From Camelus dromedarius (Eukaryota), in NCBI RefSeq assembly GCF_036321535.1, contig NC_087442.1, positions 75,950,001 through 76,014,000 of the forward strand: a stretch of DNA of 64,000 nucleotides. Direction: 5' to 3'. Below are positions 12,704-25,976 of the stretch, piece by piece. The translations under genes and the position numbers were made by a program. Position 1 is the first letter of the stretch. Every line of letters begins with the position of its first letter. Below the pieces are notes generated by a model. It ran no database searches. It was not told the origin of the DNA and worked only from the letters and a program-made list of their open reading frames with translations.

Positions 12704-12866
12704 CACTATGCTTTGTTCATTTTGTTGTCTTTTAAATACGTTCATCACCAGGCATTGTGGCGGATACTCTTCCACTCCTCAGATGGGCTTGTTCTCACAG
12801 TTGCATCAGGAAGCGCTCAGAACCACTCAGCTGAAGCCTCGTGTAATTCAGCTTGCACACTCTGCC
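12704..12866 (-). ncRNA. Candidate non-coding exon of an unannotated transcript
   Basis: Acceptor tctcctatacttcag|G and donor GTG|gtaagt; stops in all three frames. Sequence-only prediction. Confidence 0.25.
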
Positions 12867-14253
12867 CTGAAGTATAGGAGATTCTTGCAATTGCTTTCAG
12901 TATAATTTGGGTGACTTGATGGAACATAGCAGCTGTGAAGCCAAAGATGAATGTTAGCTCATTCCCAGTACAGTCACACATCCTAAAACAATAGCGAGCA
13001 TGAGGACAATAGACTTGGGATGGTTATCTTCCTTACATTCTTCTCTTTGAATGTTTAAACCCTGTTCTGTGCAACTGATCCCTAGTGATCCTCTTACAAA
13101 TTGTGTGATAGGACCACAGGAAGAGTAGAAACCATTTCTTTCTGTTCACACATAGGAGAAAATGTAATTCCTTGATGAAAAGTATTCCCAGCCGATTTCC
13201 TGGTTCTGTTCTTATAATCTCTGACACATGATGTAGGTCAATTAATTTATAGTCTAAGAAGCAGAACAGAACCACCTACAGCCTGTTAGGGAACTCATTG
13301 TCTGTGTATCAAGAGACATGAACGGACTGTTCAAGACTGTGCTCTCCAGAAAGCATCATCGACGCTGCACCCTGAACCCCGTCAGCTACAGCCTCTCAGA
13401 ACGACTCCTCCGTTAACTTAGCTCGTGCTCCTCATGCACCATTTCACACTTGATCTTTTCAAACTACTGTAGGGCTTCATCCAACAGGACTATGAAAACC
13501 TTTTTCTGTTACTTTGCTCTCACACTGTTGAGAAAACATGTAATGCTCTATTTCGTGCTTACATTATACATGTAAGAGAATAAACTGAGTCCTGGCCCCC
13601 ACCTGCTTTCTCTCTGACTAAGCCCCACCAGTACCATGATTTTCTTGCTTTTCTAATGAGGATAGGGCTGTCTTCTCCTTGCCCTCCTCGGGTGAAAGCT
13701 CTGAGAGTTGCTGAAGCCCGAGAGAAAGACGCTGCATCACAGGTGGAGATGTGACCGTTCGTGGGCAAGGAGGCATCTTCCTGAGGTGTCGGTGAAAGAG
13801 GCATCCGAATCCTACCACCTAACTTCCTAGGTCTTTCTCTTCACCTTCATCTCTCTCATTCTTCAACAAGACTGCTTGTCCGTGGGGCTTGTGAAAGTCA
13901 GCAGCAGGGCAAAAATTATGTGAAGCCAGAATTACCCTTGAAAATCCCTTTCGTAAAGCATCATCCTTTCTCTAAGTCTAACACATCAAAGTTTTCTTTC
14001 CGCTGGTATGGGAAGCGATTGCTGCTGCCTGGTTGAGCACCATTCTTGCATTTATGGACTGTGCTTTAAAAAAAAAAAAAAACCTTCAAACTTCAAAACA
14101 CACAATAGGCCAAGATGCTCACAGTATGGAAAGCACAGGGGGACTGAGAAGGACTGAGTGAAGAATGGAATTCACAGCCCATCACCCGCTCACTGACAGC
14201 CTCCCTTCCAGATCCACAGTGGAAGGCCAGTAACCACCCTGCACCATTTTACA

Positions 14254-14309
14254 CTCTCTCTCTCTCTCTCTGTCTCTCTCTCAATCTTACACACACACAC
14301 ACACACACA
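14254..14309. repeat. Compound (CT)n + (CA)n microsatellite
   Basis: Visible directly. Confidence 0.95.
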
Positions 14310-15047
14310 TTCTCACACCATAGCATGTACAGGTACATGGTGTTCTTGGTGAATATATGGAGAGAACCTAACTCAGTCCTGGGGACAGAGGTCAGGGACA
14401 AAGTGAGTTTTAAGGACTGTAAACTCTAAGATTCCTAGAGTTGAGAGGAATGCTAAGGGGCCATCTTTCACTGGGTTGGATTTGGGGAGTTTTCCATGTT
14501 CCAGCCAGCCTTCAACTATCTGTGTAGGAAGCCACTGTGAAGGAAATAAAATTAGCGTAAAAACATAGATTCTGGCTTCCTGTCCCACTGCTCAACCTCT
14601 GAGGAGTAGGAAGCTTTGGCTTCTATTTTCAGGCACCAATTTCTCCTTCCCTACTATTTTGTACTAAATCCATATGCACCTTAAAATGGGTTGGGATGAC
14701 TTAAAGAGGAGCAGGAAAACAGAAGAGTTAGCTCATGCAGCCATCCATTCATCAACTGTGATCTTCCTTCCATCCTTAGTCTTCACCGTTACCAGCCCCA
14801 GGTTCAAGTGGCTGTGGCTGACTTAAATGTCTTTCAGGAGAATTTGTCTTCATACACATCTAATGGAGGAGTGAAGCCTTAACAAGACTCTGTCAACATT
14901 CAGACTCATTATAGGCCCTAACTGTGTCTAGGATCTTTTTTCTTCTCTGCTATGTAATGAAGGCAGTAAATCAACATTACATATTGTAGAATTTGTCAGC
15001 CAGACAAGTTTGTCTCTGGGTTTCCAAATTTCCTGTCTTATCGTGCT

Positions 15048-15092
15048 AGTTTTTTGTTTTTGTTTGTTTTGTTTTGTTTTGTTTTGTTTTTT
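15048..15092. repeat. (TTTG)n/(GTTTT)n simple repeat
   Basis: Visible directly. Confidence 0.9.
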
Positions 15093-15769
15093 GTATTCAA
15101 AACTCCCTTGCAAGACAGGAAGAAAGCTGGTGGGAGCACTTTGCTGAGTAGTGTAAGCCAGATGGACCATGTGTATTCACCAGGGCTCTCTACTCCAGAC
15201 TGGTTGCTTCCAAATGTAATTCCAAGTGTTGAAATTTATTCTGAGGTGTTAAATGATTTGGGTCCTCACAGCCTGATCTATTTACCACCCTAGGCAATTC
15301 TTCCCACAAATTCCAAAATCTCCTTGTACATAACTAAGATCAGGATATTCCCCCAAGTTGCTTTTTCACTCCCTGGGTCAGATTCCTCCTCTCCCCATGG
15401 GCAGAGCCTACTTCTCTCCAGGGCTCAGTTCACATAGATCCTGCCTGCTGTCTGAAAACCTTCCAGCATTGCCTGGCCATATTTATGTCTCCTTTCCTGA
15501 ATTTGCTTGCTTTTTTTTTTTTTTTTTTTTTGATACCATCCAGTTTTACAGTGTCTTATTTATCCCTTATTTCAGAGCCACTCTCTGCAACCAGATTGTA
15601 AACCACCTATGAGTAGCATCATGTCCTATTTTCCTTTGGAAGCCCCTGGTGCTGGAGACAGTACTCTTACAGTAATCTTATTTATTCTTTGACTTATGTT
15701 AAGCTGCCAAGTCCATCTTCTAGAATTCACCCTCCTGAAATATGTTAAACAGAACATTCTAGTGCACTG

Positions 15770-15965
15770 AAATTCATATCTGACCCATTGCTGGATGACC
15801 AGATTCCTCGTTAATTCATGACTTTGGACAAGTCACATAACCTTTTTGAGCCTCATTGTTCCTGGATACAAAATAAATATGTTATATACCTTTCTACTTC
15901 CCAGGCTCAAATAGGGATCAAACAAGATAGGATAAGCAAAAGCAGTTCATATCAATAAAACACTA
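15770..15965 (+). mobile_element. MIR SINE
   Basis: gactttggacaagtcacataacctttttgagcctcattgttcc...gggatcaaacaagat. Confidence 0.75.
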
Positions 15966-18900
15966 TTCAAGTTTTATTGTCAAGTCATTGGTTTTTCTAT
16001 ACATTGTTGACATTTGGATAAAGCATCTTGAACTTTCTAGAAGGTCTTCCACAAATCCACGGCTTTATCATTGTTTTTCTGACTGATATTCTATTATTAT
16101 TTCCATAACTTGCCCCCTTTTTCTTCATACTTCTTGTTGGTGTAGTTGCAACTGTCTTTCTAGACTGTTTCCTCTCCAGTAACCAAGTTACCACCATTGT
16201 GATCTGATCTAAATAGAGGGGAGGATGTCGATGGCTTAGACTTTCTTGGTGTCAGGGAAACCTAATTGCTCACAAAACAAGCACAAAAGTAAAAGGAAAT
16301 TTCAAAATGCTGGGAACTGAGCCTGTGGGCAACGTTTCTATTGACAGGGCTAATTCTGGCATAATTAAAAAGGGTTTAATTAATCGTGGAGTTAAGTATA
16401 GAGAAAGGGTTTCTGGCAGTCTCACATCACAGGTTCCTTGATATTTTTGGCTTCCCACCATATGAACCCTGCAGTTTAAGGGTCTCCCCACCTGCCTGCA
16501 TCTTTGGAGGCATGGCTGAAACCGCTGGTTACCTTGCCATCCTTGGTAATCTCAACTCTTTGGGCTGCTGCCTCTTCTGCCAATCAAAGAAGATAGGGCT
16601 AGATTCTGAATTTCAGGGATCCTAAGGGATATATTTCCTGCCTGGTTGTAAATAATACCCCCTCAGAAGTGCAGGGCCTAAGTATTCTTGGATTCCAAGG
16701 CAACTATGTCTGATTCACCTGGCCTATCAAACTAGGACAACCTTATCTGACAGTCAGCTTTTAAGACTCTTCAGTGGCAGCTACAAGATGATTTCAGACC
16801 TCTTTTTCTTGAGATACTATGCTCTCAGGAGCTGGAGAGCTTGCCTATTCCCAGTCTCCCCATGGATTGTAGAAAGATACTGGATCTTTAAGAAGTTCAA
16901 AATAACAAAGTTTTAATACTGCTGATGGAAGGAAAACATCACTTTCCTATTCAACGTCCAAGACAGTTTTTCCATCAGTGTCATCCCTGCTCTTTTCCCA
17001 CCTCCTTTCTCCCTTTTCCCTCTACCTGCAAAGGCAGGAGGGCCTACAACCCTCCAGTGAATAGGGAGACACTTGGGAAGGAGAATGGATAGAGAATGGC
17101 TCCTTATTAGCTAGAAGGCTGTCAACTTATAAATTGTTTTTAATCTCAGAGAAGATCTCTCTTTGGCCAGCTTCTCCCCTAGAAACCATGACATGTCTCT
17201 CTCCCATATGAATCCAAAAATCACTAGAATTCTCTGTGAGTCCAGACTCTATTACAGATGAGTTAATCACTTCCGTCACAGCCACCTATTTCAGTTCACT
17301 TTGACATGGTACTATCCATGACTAAATAGTTTTTCACTGTTGGCTCTTAGAGTTCTATGACTCGAATGTCAGAGAATTCTGCTGCCTCTGGGGAGGAAGA
17401 CACAGGCTGTAGAAAATGCCCTTTAGAGAGCAACCCCAACCACTCTGTTCCTGAACGTTATTTTCACTCCTGTGACTCTACCCCTTCGTTTACTAGACAA
17501 GCAGGATCTATTCTATTTTTCCATATGCAGTAACTTACAGAGCAGAAAAATAAGATTATCTGCAGACAAGCTGAAAGAGTTCAGACAGCTGGTAGACCTG
17601 ATTCTGTGGCCACTTTTATTTCAGTACATTAAAAATCCGCTTTGGAAAAAGTATCTGACTGCGCAAAGAGGGATGTGTGATCAAAAGATGCAAATCTCAT
17701 GAATATTCTGTGAGCTGACCATTAGTCTGTATCAGATCCTGCCATTTGCTAATATTTACAGATGCAGTCAGTTGTACAACTGGTTGGTAAATGAAGCATG
17801 TAGATTTACAATACCTCCTGGAGAAAGGGGAGAAATCAAAGGAGTGATGAGAAGTGTCTGTCATAGAAACTAAGTGTTTAAATCAAAATAAAAACAAACA
17901 AACAGACTAGTGTTGCATTATGAAATGAGACATAGAAAGTTAGCTATTCATTGGGAAGAAATTTAGAAAGTACTCCAATGATATTTCTGTCTCTGAATCT
18001 ACTAGAACATCAGTGATGAAAAAGCAATACTGTCAAGGATAGTAATGTGTCAGGGTGAAAATCAATAGCAGCCACGAAAAGGTAATACATTTTTCTAAAG
18101 AATGGTTGGAACTCACACTTATAGAATTATAACTGTCATCAGAGTGGCCAAGAAGCAACTAGGTGGCCCTGCCCTCACAGCTGACCAGACAGGAGGTGGG
18201 TTTGGCTTGTTTCGTTTTTTAGCAACGTGGCTCCAGTGAAGTGGTCTTGTCCCTAACTGTGAAAGATTCTAGAGCCTCCAGCATCTCCTGCCAGCATCAT
18301 TTTTGAAAATGCTGAACTCTTGTATATTATCTCCTTTAGAAGGTATCTCTCTTCCAAAGAAACTATGGTGGTGGTAGAAGGACCACTGAGTTAAAGGCTT
18401 TGGGATCCTTTCATGTGAAGTCTGGATGCAGGCAAAATTAGTCTCAGTAGGAGGAGACAAGAGGAGGTCACCTTAGGGACACGTGGTGTGCTTGGGAAGA
18501 AAGCTGGAAAGTACTGATTCTGCGTCTCGGGCCGAGTGCTGTCTGGGTGGGTGTTTCCACTTTGTGAATTCATTGAGCTTACACACATGATGTGCCTACA
18601 TTTCTACATATCCTACCAAGGTATCACACACGTTAGACTTCAGTAAAACATTTACATTAAAAAGCTTTTGTATTCTCTTGCTGTATCCTCTGAATAGCCA
18701 ACAGACTTGGGGGAGCTCACTTGAGCCCTAGTCTCTTCTACAAAACGAGAAGGCGGACCAGATGATCCCAGTCCTGAAGCTCCTCGGTGCCATCATCATT
18801 GGCACATGATGAATGCAGAGCATTGATATTCCTGCTGTTAGTGACTTGAATAAGAAGCAGAACGTGGGCAAAGTTGCCACAGGCCTTCCCAGAAGAGGCA

Positions 18901-20516
18901 ATGAACTGAAAGCTGTGTAAATGTGCTGCATGGGGAATGGTGTGGAATAATAACTGGAACTACAGGGCTCATGTTGATAGCAAAGACATCAGATTCAGGT
19001 GGCTGTCAATGTGAGCCCCTCTTTTAAAAGCAGGTGTTCATCACACAGCTAGTGATGTAGTGCTATCACATTACACCGGAGAATCAATGTTCCTCTAATA
19101 GTCTCGTCCCAAAAGTAGCTGTTAGAAAATATGATTCTGTTCAAATATACTACGGGAACTGCCAACCAATCGTGCGGCTCAATGTTTCAAGCAGTCCTTT
19201 TCCTTTCTTGTTTTAATATCAAGTGAACTTTGAAGGTGACTTATACAGGGACTGATTGGCAGCCAGGGAGAATCAGCATCTCTGTTATCAGTGAAAATTT
19301 GCCAGTCACACCTCACTGGATGAGAAGAGTCCAGAGCCTGGGCTGGAGGGCATTTACTGGACTGATAGGAGAAATTACTGCCTCCATTTGATAAGAAAAT
19401 GAGCTGTACCCAACTCCCTAGGGGCTTTTCCTACAACTTGAGTTTCTTAGAAGGCAAAATATGTTTAGTAGAACACAGAAAGGAAAAAATAAATGATTTT
19501 GATAATCCCCTGCACAATCAAACTAGGCAATCAGCACCTGGTTCCACAGGGAAATTCTTAAAAATCTCATGATCCTTTTCTAAAGTCTCTAAAGTGCCCT
19601 AGAGATAGGTCACCTGATTCTGCTAAGCCACCTGCCTTGCTCCCCCTGCAAACCATTCTGGAAAACCAGACCAGACATGCTCTCTGATGGCTGTCCCTCT
19701 TCTGAATCCCAAGAATAATCCTTTGGTACAAACATAGAAGTGTATTATTTCATCTTCCAGCAAACATGAAGGGAAACAATGAAATGAAGGAAATGCAAAT
19801 CATGAGCTGCCACACAAGATCCTAATTACCATAATCTGACCCATCCTCCTTCCCACTGCCGGAAAGTCAGCCTTCTGGGTGGGAGGAAGCCAAGCCAGCT
19901 AGATAACAGCCTTCTGTTCTCTCTCCACATCCCTCGTCTCCTTTCTTTCTTCCTCGCTTCCTTAAATGATGTTCATTAAGACAGCGATTCTTCTAACAGT
20001 TTGTAAGCCTCAGTTGTATTAGTGAAAGCCTTGCATGACTTGATAAAACGAGCTAAAGAAAAGGAGAGGGGAGGGAGGGGGGAAGCTGACAGATGCTGTC
20101 TCTTTATTCCCCAAAGCAACAGTCAGTCTCAGAATATTTTCCTAAAACCTGCCAGAAATCTCTCTGGAATGATCCCTGTTAGATACAAGGATAGTAAATC
20201 TAAAAGGTCCAGGTTTTCCATGGTTTTAGAAAGTATTAATAATTGAGAAAAGGGCCAATCCAGACTCCCCATGTCCAGTCACATCAGTAACACCAGGCGC
20301 TCTGCTCCCCACACAGCTCCTAGAATAGTTCTCTTTCTTAAGTTACTCATAGCTTTATCTCGTCCCTGACGTCTCCAAAATGATTTGAGGTAAGTTATGT
20401 TGGCATGGCTTCTTGTATTTATGTGGTAGATGAGTCAGGCTGGGAGACATACAAAATGTGTTCACCTCATGCCTTTTAGACTTCACCTAAAATATGCCTA
20501 TTAAAATCTGGATCTA

Positions 20517-20611
20517 GGGGAGAGGGTAATTGCTCAGTGGCAGAGTGCATGCTTAGCATTCATGAGGTCCTGGATTCAATCCCCGGTACCTCCATTAAAA
20601 AGAAAACAAAA
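20517..20611 (+). mobile_element. Camelid tRNA-Ala-derived SINE (Vic-1 type), short tail
   Basis: ggggagagggtaattgctcagtggcagagtgcatgcttagcattcatgaggtcctggattcaatccccggtacctcca plus an A-rich tail; degenerate TSD aaaatctggatcta / aaaactgaatcta. Confidence 0.9.
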
Positions 20612-20954
20612 CTGAATCTAAAAAGCACATCCCTGCTCACTCAGTGCTAGGGCTTCTGCCTTTGGCTGTGACAAGTGCCTCAGAAATGGGCTCTACTTCA
20701 CCTTCAGCTCACGTGTAGGATGTGATAGGATGTTTCGATGGCAGCCTTAAATCAGCTTGCTGAGGCTTCAGTAGTGCAGCTCCAATTAGGACCCAAGCAA
20801 GTCATTAAATCACAGAGCTGACAGTTCTTTGACAGCATGTGCAGCTGACAGAGTGGGGCTACTGCTCCGCTGATCTTTCGTACTCTATTGCATTTACTAG
20901 GTGGGCTGCTTTAGTTTCAGTAAGTGTGTAGGTAAAATACAATTTAATGATAGA

Positions 20955-21285
20955 AAGGGCATATTTCCAAGAAGCAAAAATGTACTTGAGCAGCTGGTGT
21001 CCTTAGCATTGGTATGGGGGCTGCTACCTCAAGACAGGCCAGGAATGGTCCATGTAGTTGGAGGCAGAGAGTAAAAGATGAGCAGGCCATATGTGAAGGT
21101 CCTGAAGTCAGTAAGTAAGGGGAGGAATTCTTATGATAGTGGGACTTTGAGGTAAATCTATATTCTATATCCGAGTGAACTGTGCCAAGAGGGAAAGGCA
21201 GCCAGAAGGGTATGAATAAGGAGGCCAAGTTGGAGTCAGGAGCTACAAATCAAGCAGGAAGGACAGGAAGGAAACCTGGGTAAGC
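20955..21285 (-). mobile_element. L2 fragment
   Basis: Purine-rich aagggcatatttccaagaagcaaaaatgtac...gcaggccatatgtgaaggtcctgaagtc resembles antisense L2. Confidence 0.55.
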
Positions 21286-21288
21286 AGA

Positions 21289-21870
21289 TATATCAGTTTG
21301 GATGATTTTGGCTGCAAGTAACAGAAAATCTAACCCAAAGTGGCTTAAGCAATGAGGACATTTTTTTAGCAAGGATAACTGAAAGTCCAAAGGTGGGATA
21401 GGCTTAACACTTGGCTGATCCAGAAGCCAATCAATTCATCAGGACCCCAGGTGTTTTCTAACTCTGCTCTACCAGTGTCAGCTCCATCCTGAGACTGGTT
21501 CTCCTCTTAGTCACAGAATGGCTGCAAGTAGCATTTCAGCTTCCAGGCTTTCTCCCCCAGATCCAGGGAGAACAAAGGAGTTAGTCCTAGAAGCTGTCCT
21601 AGAAGAATGAGAAGAAACTTCCCCCAAAGGCCCTGCAGCCTCTCATAGCATCTCATTGATCTGAATTATGTTTCATGTTTCTTCCTGATCCAATTTCAAC
21701 CAGGTTTAAGATTATTTTGATTGGCTTAAATGCATCAAGGGCTATTCCTGGAACAGGAAATAGGTTCAGATTTGCCCAGCTTAATGGACAGCATGGGAAA
21801 GAGAGAGATAACTAATCAAAGTCAGTATTCTCCTAGGAAGGATACAGAGAAGATAAATATTGTGTGGGTG
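21289..21870 (-). mobile_element. MLT1J/K-like LTR
   Basis: ggctgcaagtaacagaaaatctaacccaaagtggcttaagcaat...aatggctgc...tgattggcttaa. Confidence 0.8.
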
Positions 21871-21889
21871 ACTATACTATAAATCATTA

Positions 21890-22260
21890 ATTCTGTCCAC
21901 CAAGTATTTTTGGCTTCCCAGCTTCCTGACACGTGATGGGATTACTTTCTGGTTCTTAGAGCTTAGGGGGACCGTGATACTTGCTGCAATCAGTGACTAG
22001 GAAGCAGAGGTGACATGTGTCATTGCCAGGCCAAAAACCTTAACAGCCAAAATGAGGCCTCCAGACCTATCTTTAGTTCTGCTTGGGAGACAGGTGAGTG
22101 CTTGAGATGGTGGCTGCTGCTTCAGTCTGTATCCCTGAATGAGGAGATAGAGCAGAGCCCCAGCCAACCCATGGTGGGAGGCACAAGAAGTAAAGTTGTG
22201 TTGTCGCAACCCACTCAGATCTTGTTTCTACTCCAACACGTGAGTCTATCTTTGATGCCA
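21890..22260 (+). mobile_element. MLT1I/J-like LTR
   Basis: gaagcagaggtgacatgtgtc...agatggtggctgctgcttcagtctgtatccctgaatgagg...gagcagagccccagccaaccc. Confidence 0.8.
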
Positions 22261-22871
22261 CGGCAAACAATACCCATGGCAGCTGCTGATGTTAGCTCTT
22301 GAGGTCTTGTCCTCGGTAAGGAGGCCCCGTGAGGTGGACATCAGTATCACATATCGGTGTGGACAGGCCTGTATGAGCAAGTATGTACTCGAGCCAGAAA
22401 AAAAGCAGCCTTGTCCTGAGAATCCCCTTCTGTAGTCAGAACTGCCAGTTACAGCTCTTGTCCTTGGGGAAACAAAGGAAAACGATTATTCTTAATTTGT
22501 CTCTTTTAAATAATCTAATGATCTTCAGGATATAAACACATGCCTGACATATAAGAAATAAAAATGAATCTACTTTCTGTTGAATTTTTTTTTAATTAAA
22601 GAAGTAACTCAAGAAATTAGGAAAAAAGAATTACCCAGAATCAAGAAAATCTGAATTCAGGTCAACAGTTACTTAAGATCAGAGATGTATTCATGGAAAA
22701 AAATAATCTACAACATAGAAAACAAAGATCTTAAGTCTCACATTTATTAAAATAAGTTTGGAGGTTTCACTAATTAGTATGAAGATTTAACTACATATAT
22801 GCAATGTTTATTGTAATGTATAGTCTACCAAAATATAATTTGGTACCATTTCATCTTATAATTGGCTTTTT

Positions 22872-23167
22872 TATTAAAATGTAATTGACATAACATTGTG
22901 AGTTTAAGGTTTATAGCTTGTAGATTTGATATAGTTATATATCACAGTGTGATTACCATGCCACTTAACGATCATTTCTATTTTGTGGTGAGAACAAATA
23001 ATATTTAGTCTCTTACCAACTTTGAAGTTTGTAATGTGGTATTGTCTGTGATCACCATGTGATCACCATAAGAGCTCTAGGACTTATTTATGTATCTACT
23101 GGTTACAAGTTTGTACCCTTAAAATCTCCCTAATTCCCCCAGCCCCTGGTAACCACCATTCTACTCT
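22872..23167 (-). mobile_element. L1MA9-like 3' UTR fragment with TSD
   Basis: aattgacataacattgtgagtttaaggt...gtggtgagaac...cccctggtaaccaccattctactc. TSD taattggcttttt (22859-22871) / taattgccttttt (23168-23180). Internal 11-bp tandem duplication at 23047-23068. Confidence 0.9.
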
Positions 23168-23739
23168 TAATTGCCTTTTTTCTAAAATAACAGAATTTTG
23201 AAAGTATAAACAGATATATAATACAGATTATCCTAGTACCAAGAAAAGTAAGTGCTGTGAAATCTCCAGATATTTTCTGATTTTTGAAAGCTAGGTCTCA
23301 AGTGAAGATAAAACATAAAAAGATCTCATTTTTTATTGATTAATTACTAGAACACCACTTCCATATATTCATCTATATCTTCTTTCTTAAAAAACTTTAA
23401 AAATCAACTCCTCTGTCTATTGCTGCTTTCTTTGGACTGACTCTGACCTGTATATATTGCAAAATTTCTCTAACCACCTCAACAAAAATGATTGTGTGAA
23501 ATTCCTTGGTGCGTAATCTGAGAATGATTTGGAGGTTTTTTTGCTCTCTGAGAGTAATGTTTAAGATTCTGTGGGTTTTCCTCCAAGAGATAATTTTTAT
23601 TGCTGCATTCAGAAACACACTGTCTAGTTGTTGAGACCTTCCAGGGCAGTATACCTGGGTAATTTTGATTAGGTCATAATCTTCAAAACATGTTATGATT
23701 TCATAGTGACAAGATGCTCATGTTTTAGAAAAATTTTTC

Positions 23740-23905
23740 CCCTAAAATGCAGTTATAATTCCCTACTTGAGGGCTATTCTTATTATCCTCTTTTCAGAGC
23801 TGAAAATACAAAGGCACAGAAATTGTTAACAGGTTGTCTGCTGGCTTGTGAAAGGGCACTGGCCTGGGAGCCAGAAGATCTGGGCTCTGGGTTCTGGTCC
23901 TGACT
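23740..23905. mobile_element. Two MIR fragments in opposite orientation
   Basis: ttattatcctcttttcagagctgaaaatacaaaggcacaga (minus), then aaagggcactggcctgggagccagaagatctgggctc (plus). Confidence 0.6.
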
Positions 23906-24925
23906 GTGGACACTCAAGCCAGCAAAGCCTGGATGGGAGTAGAACCTCAGACATTTGCTGGTGGGAAGCGTGTGTGGCACGTACACATCCAGGTAGCCCC
24001 ACAAGCCTCACTTCTAGAAGAGATTCCCTTTCCTTTGACCAATGACCCTCCTGGGTCTGTCTGGTCAGTGTGAGATGGTGAAGCACCGGCCTTGGCCATG
24101 CCCTGCCCAGTCCTCCCCTAAAAGTCAGTCCAGGGAGGAGAGCATCCCAAAGCCCCCAGGCCCTGGCATAGGAGGAGAGGGGCAGACTCCCCCAGGGCCA
24201 CCCTTGGGCATGGACCACCCTGGCATCTAGACTCCCTGCCCAACCCTAGGAGCTGGAAGCTGACACTGCCAACAGAAGGGCCTGCTGGGTAAAGGTGTCG
24301 TGGCGTCTCTCCTGATGATTTCCATCACGCTCTTGCTTCCCACACGCTGTGCCCTAAGCACCTCACTGTCCTTTCACTTTTACCTTGATTAATGCCCTTC
24401 ACGAGTTTGCCTTCCCACAACTCACCCTGCAGTTGCTGCCCAGGCGTGTGCTCAGCTGACGTGATCTCTGGGAGTTGTTGTCCATCTCCTTTCTGGCAAC
24501 TGCGTCAGCAGCCCTCTACCTCCTGACCCATGGCCAGTGGGTGCTGGAGGCTTTTGCTCTGCTCTGCCAAGTGACCTTCCTTTTTGCAGGTGCTGGATAC
24601 CAGGTCTAGGGTTTGTCTTTTGTTGCTGTTACATCAGTGAGCTGAAATTTTAAATAGTTGCAAAGGCAGGTCATGAAGGGGCTGATGTCCCCAAACCAGA
24701 GATGTCTATAAGCCTAAGACAGCCGACAGCACCTCCCCTTCGAGACTCTTCCTCATCCAAAGTAGAGCTTACACCTCAGCTTACCTAATATACTTCTCTC
24801 TTATTTGAAAGGCAAAATGAACTTTTAAGTATTGCTGTTTAAGTAAGTGGAGGGTTCAAAAGTTTCCTGGGTGGAATATGGGATGATCATAATTCCCAAA
24901 TGTGTCAAATGTTAGTTTCTTGCTT

Positions 24926-25433
24926 TGTGTCAGTTACGACCCATTCTGTTGCTGATCACAGAAAACATGATCCAAACTAGACTGGGCACATTAGGAATAA
25001 TACTCTTAAGGCACAGCTGGATTCAAGGCATCTTCAACAGTAGCATCAGGATACTTCTTGGTTTCCCTTCTGCTATGTTACCTTCAGTCTTGGGCTTTGC
25101 AGCATCACAGATGGAGGCAGCAGCTCCAAGCCCTAGGTTCTCTCCAGTTTTAAGTCAGCCTGAAAAATGGCGTATATGTTTCTAGGACTCCCAAGAAATT
25201 GTCGTTGTTTTTCATTGGCTCTTGTTAAATCATATGTTTGACCCTAAGCCAATCATTGTCACCAGATGTGATATTTCTAATTGACCAGGCTTGAGTCACA
25301 TGTCCACCTCTGAAGCTGGGACTGCTGGAATCACTTTGAGGGTGATGGAGAGAGCTGTCCCTCAAAGGAAAATCGAGGTCTTAGAAGAAAAATAAATGGA
25401 TAGAAAGCAGAAACGAACAACAGATGTCTGCCA
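24926..25433 (-). mobile_element. MLT1K-like LTR
   Basis: tgtcagttacgacccattctgttgctgatcacagaaaac...aagatggaggcagcagctccaagc-like segment...gagtcacatgtccacc. Confidence 0.8.
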
Positions 25434-25448
25434 GCCCTCTTTCTTTCC

Positions 25449-25976
25449 TGTGGTAGGCAGACTCTAAGTGGCCCCCAGTGATTCCCCAACCCCCAGCATT
25501 CTGCCCTTTTGTAATGCCCTCTGCTTGAGTGTGGGTCAGAACTGTGACTTTTTCTAATCAACAGAAGGAATATGGCAGTGGTGATGGAATGTCACTTGCA
25601 TGATTAAGGTGTAAGACTGTGGCTTCCACCTTGTCAGCAGACTCTCTGTATAGGCTTCTTGGCTTGCATGCTGTGGTGCATGATTTGGACAGGCCCACAT
25701 GGCAAGGAACTGAAGGTGATATTTGGATGGGAACTGAGGCCCTCAGTCCAATAACCATCAAATAACTGAATTTTGCTGACAACCATGTGAGCTTGGAAGT
25801 ATATCCTTCCCCAGTCAAGCTTTCAGATGAGACTTCAGCTCCAGTCAACATTTTGATTGCAGTTTTGTGAGAGATACTGAGACAGAGGACACAGAAAAGC
25901 TAGATGACAAATGTATGCCATTTTAAGCTGCTAGGTTTTTGGTAATATTGTTAGGCAGCAATAAATAACCAGTGCA
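25449..25976 (+). mobile_element. MLT1E/F-like solo LTR
   Basis: tgtggtaggcagactctaagtggccccc...gacaaccatgtgagcttggaag...ttttaagctgctagg...aataaataaccagtgca. Confidence 0.9.

Noticed and set aside
17769-17782. Perfect 14-bp palindrome cagttgtacaactg
   Set aside because: About four such palindromes are expected by chance in 64 kb.
16577-19262. Two PBX-PKNOX/MEIS decamers TGATTGGCAG (16577-16586 minus; 19253-19262 plus)
   Set aside because: About one match to TGANTGRCAG is expected by chance on both strands; not significant without conservation data.
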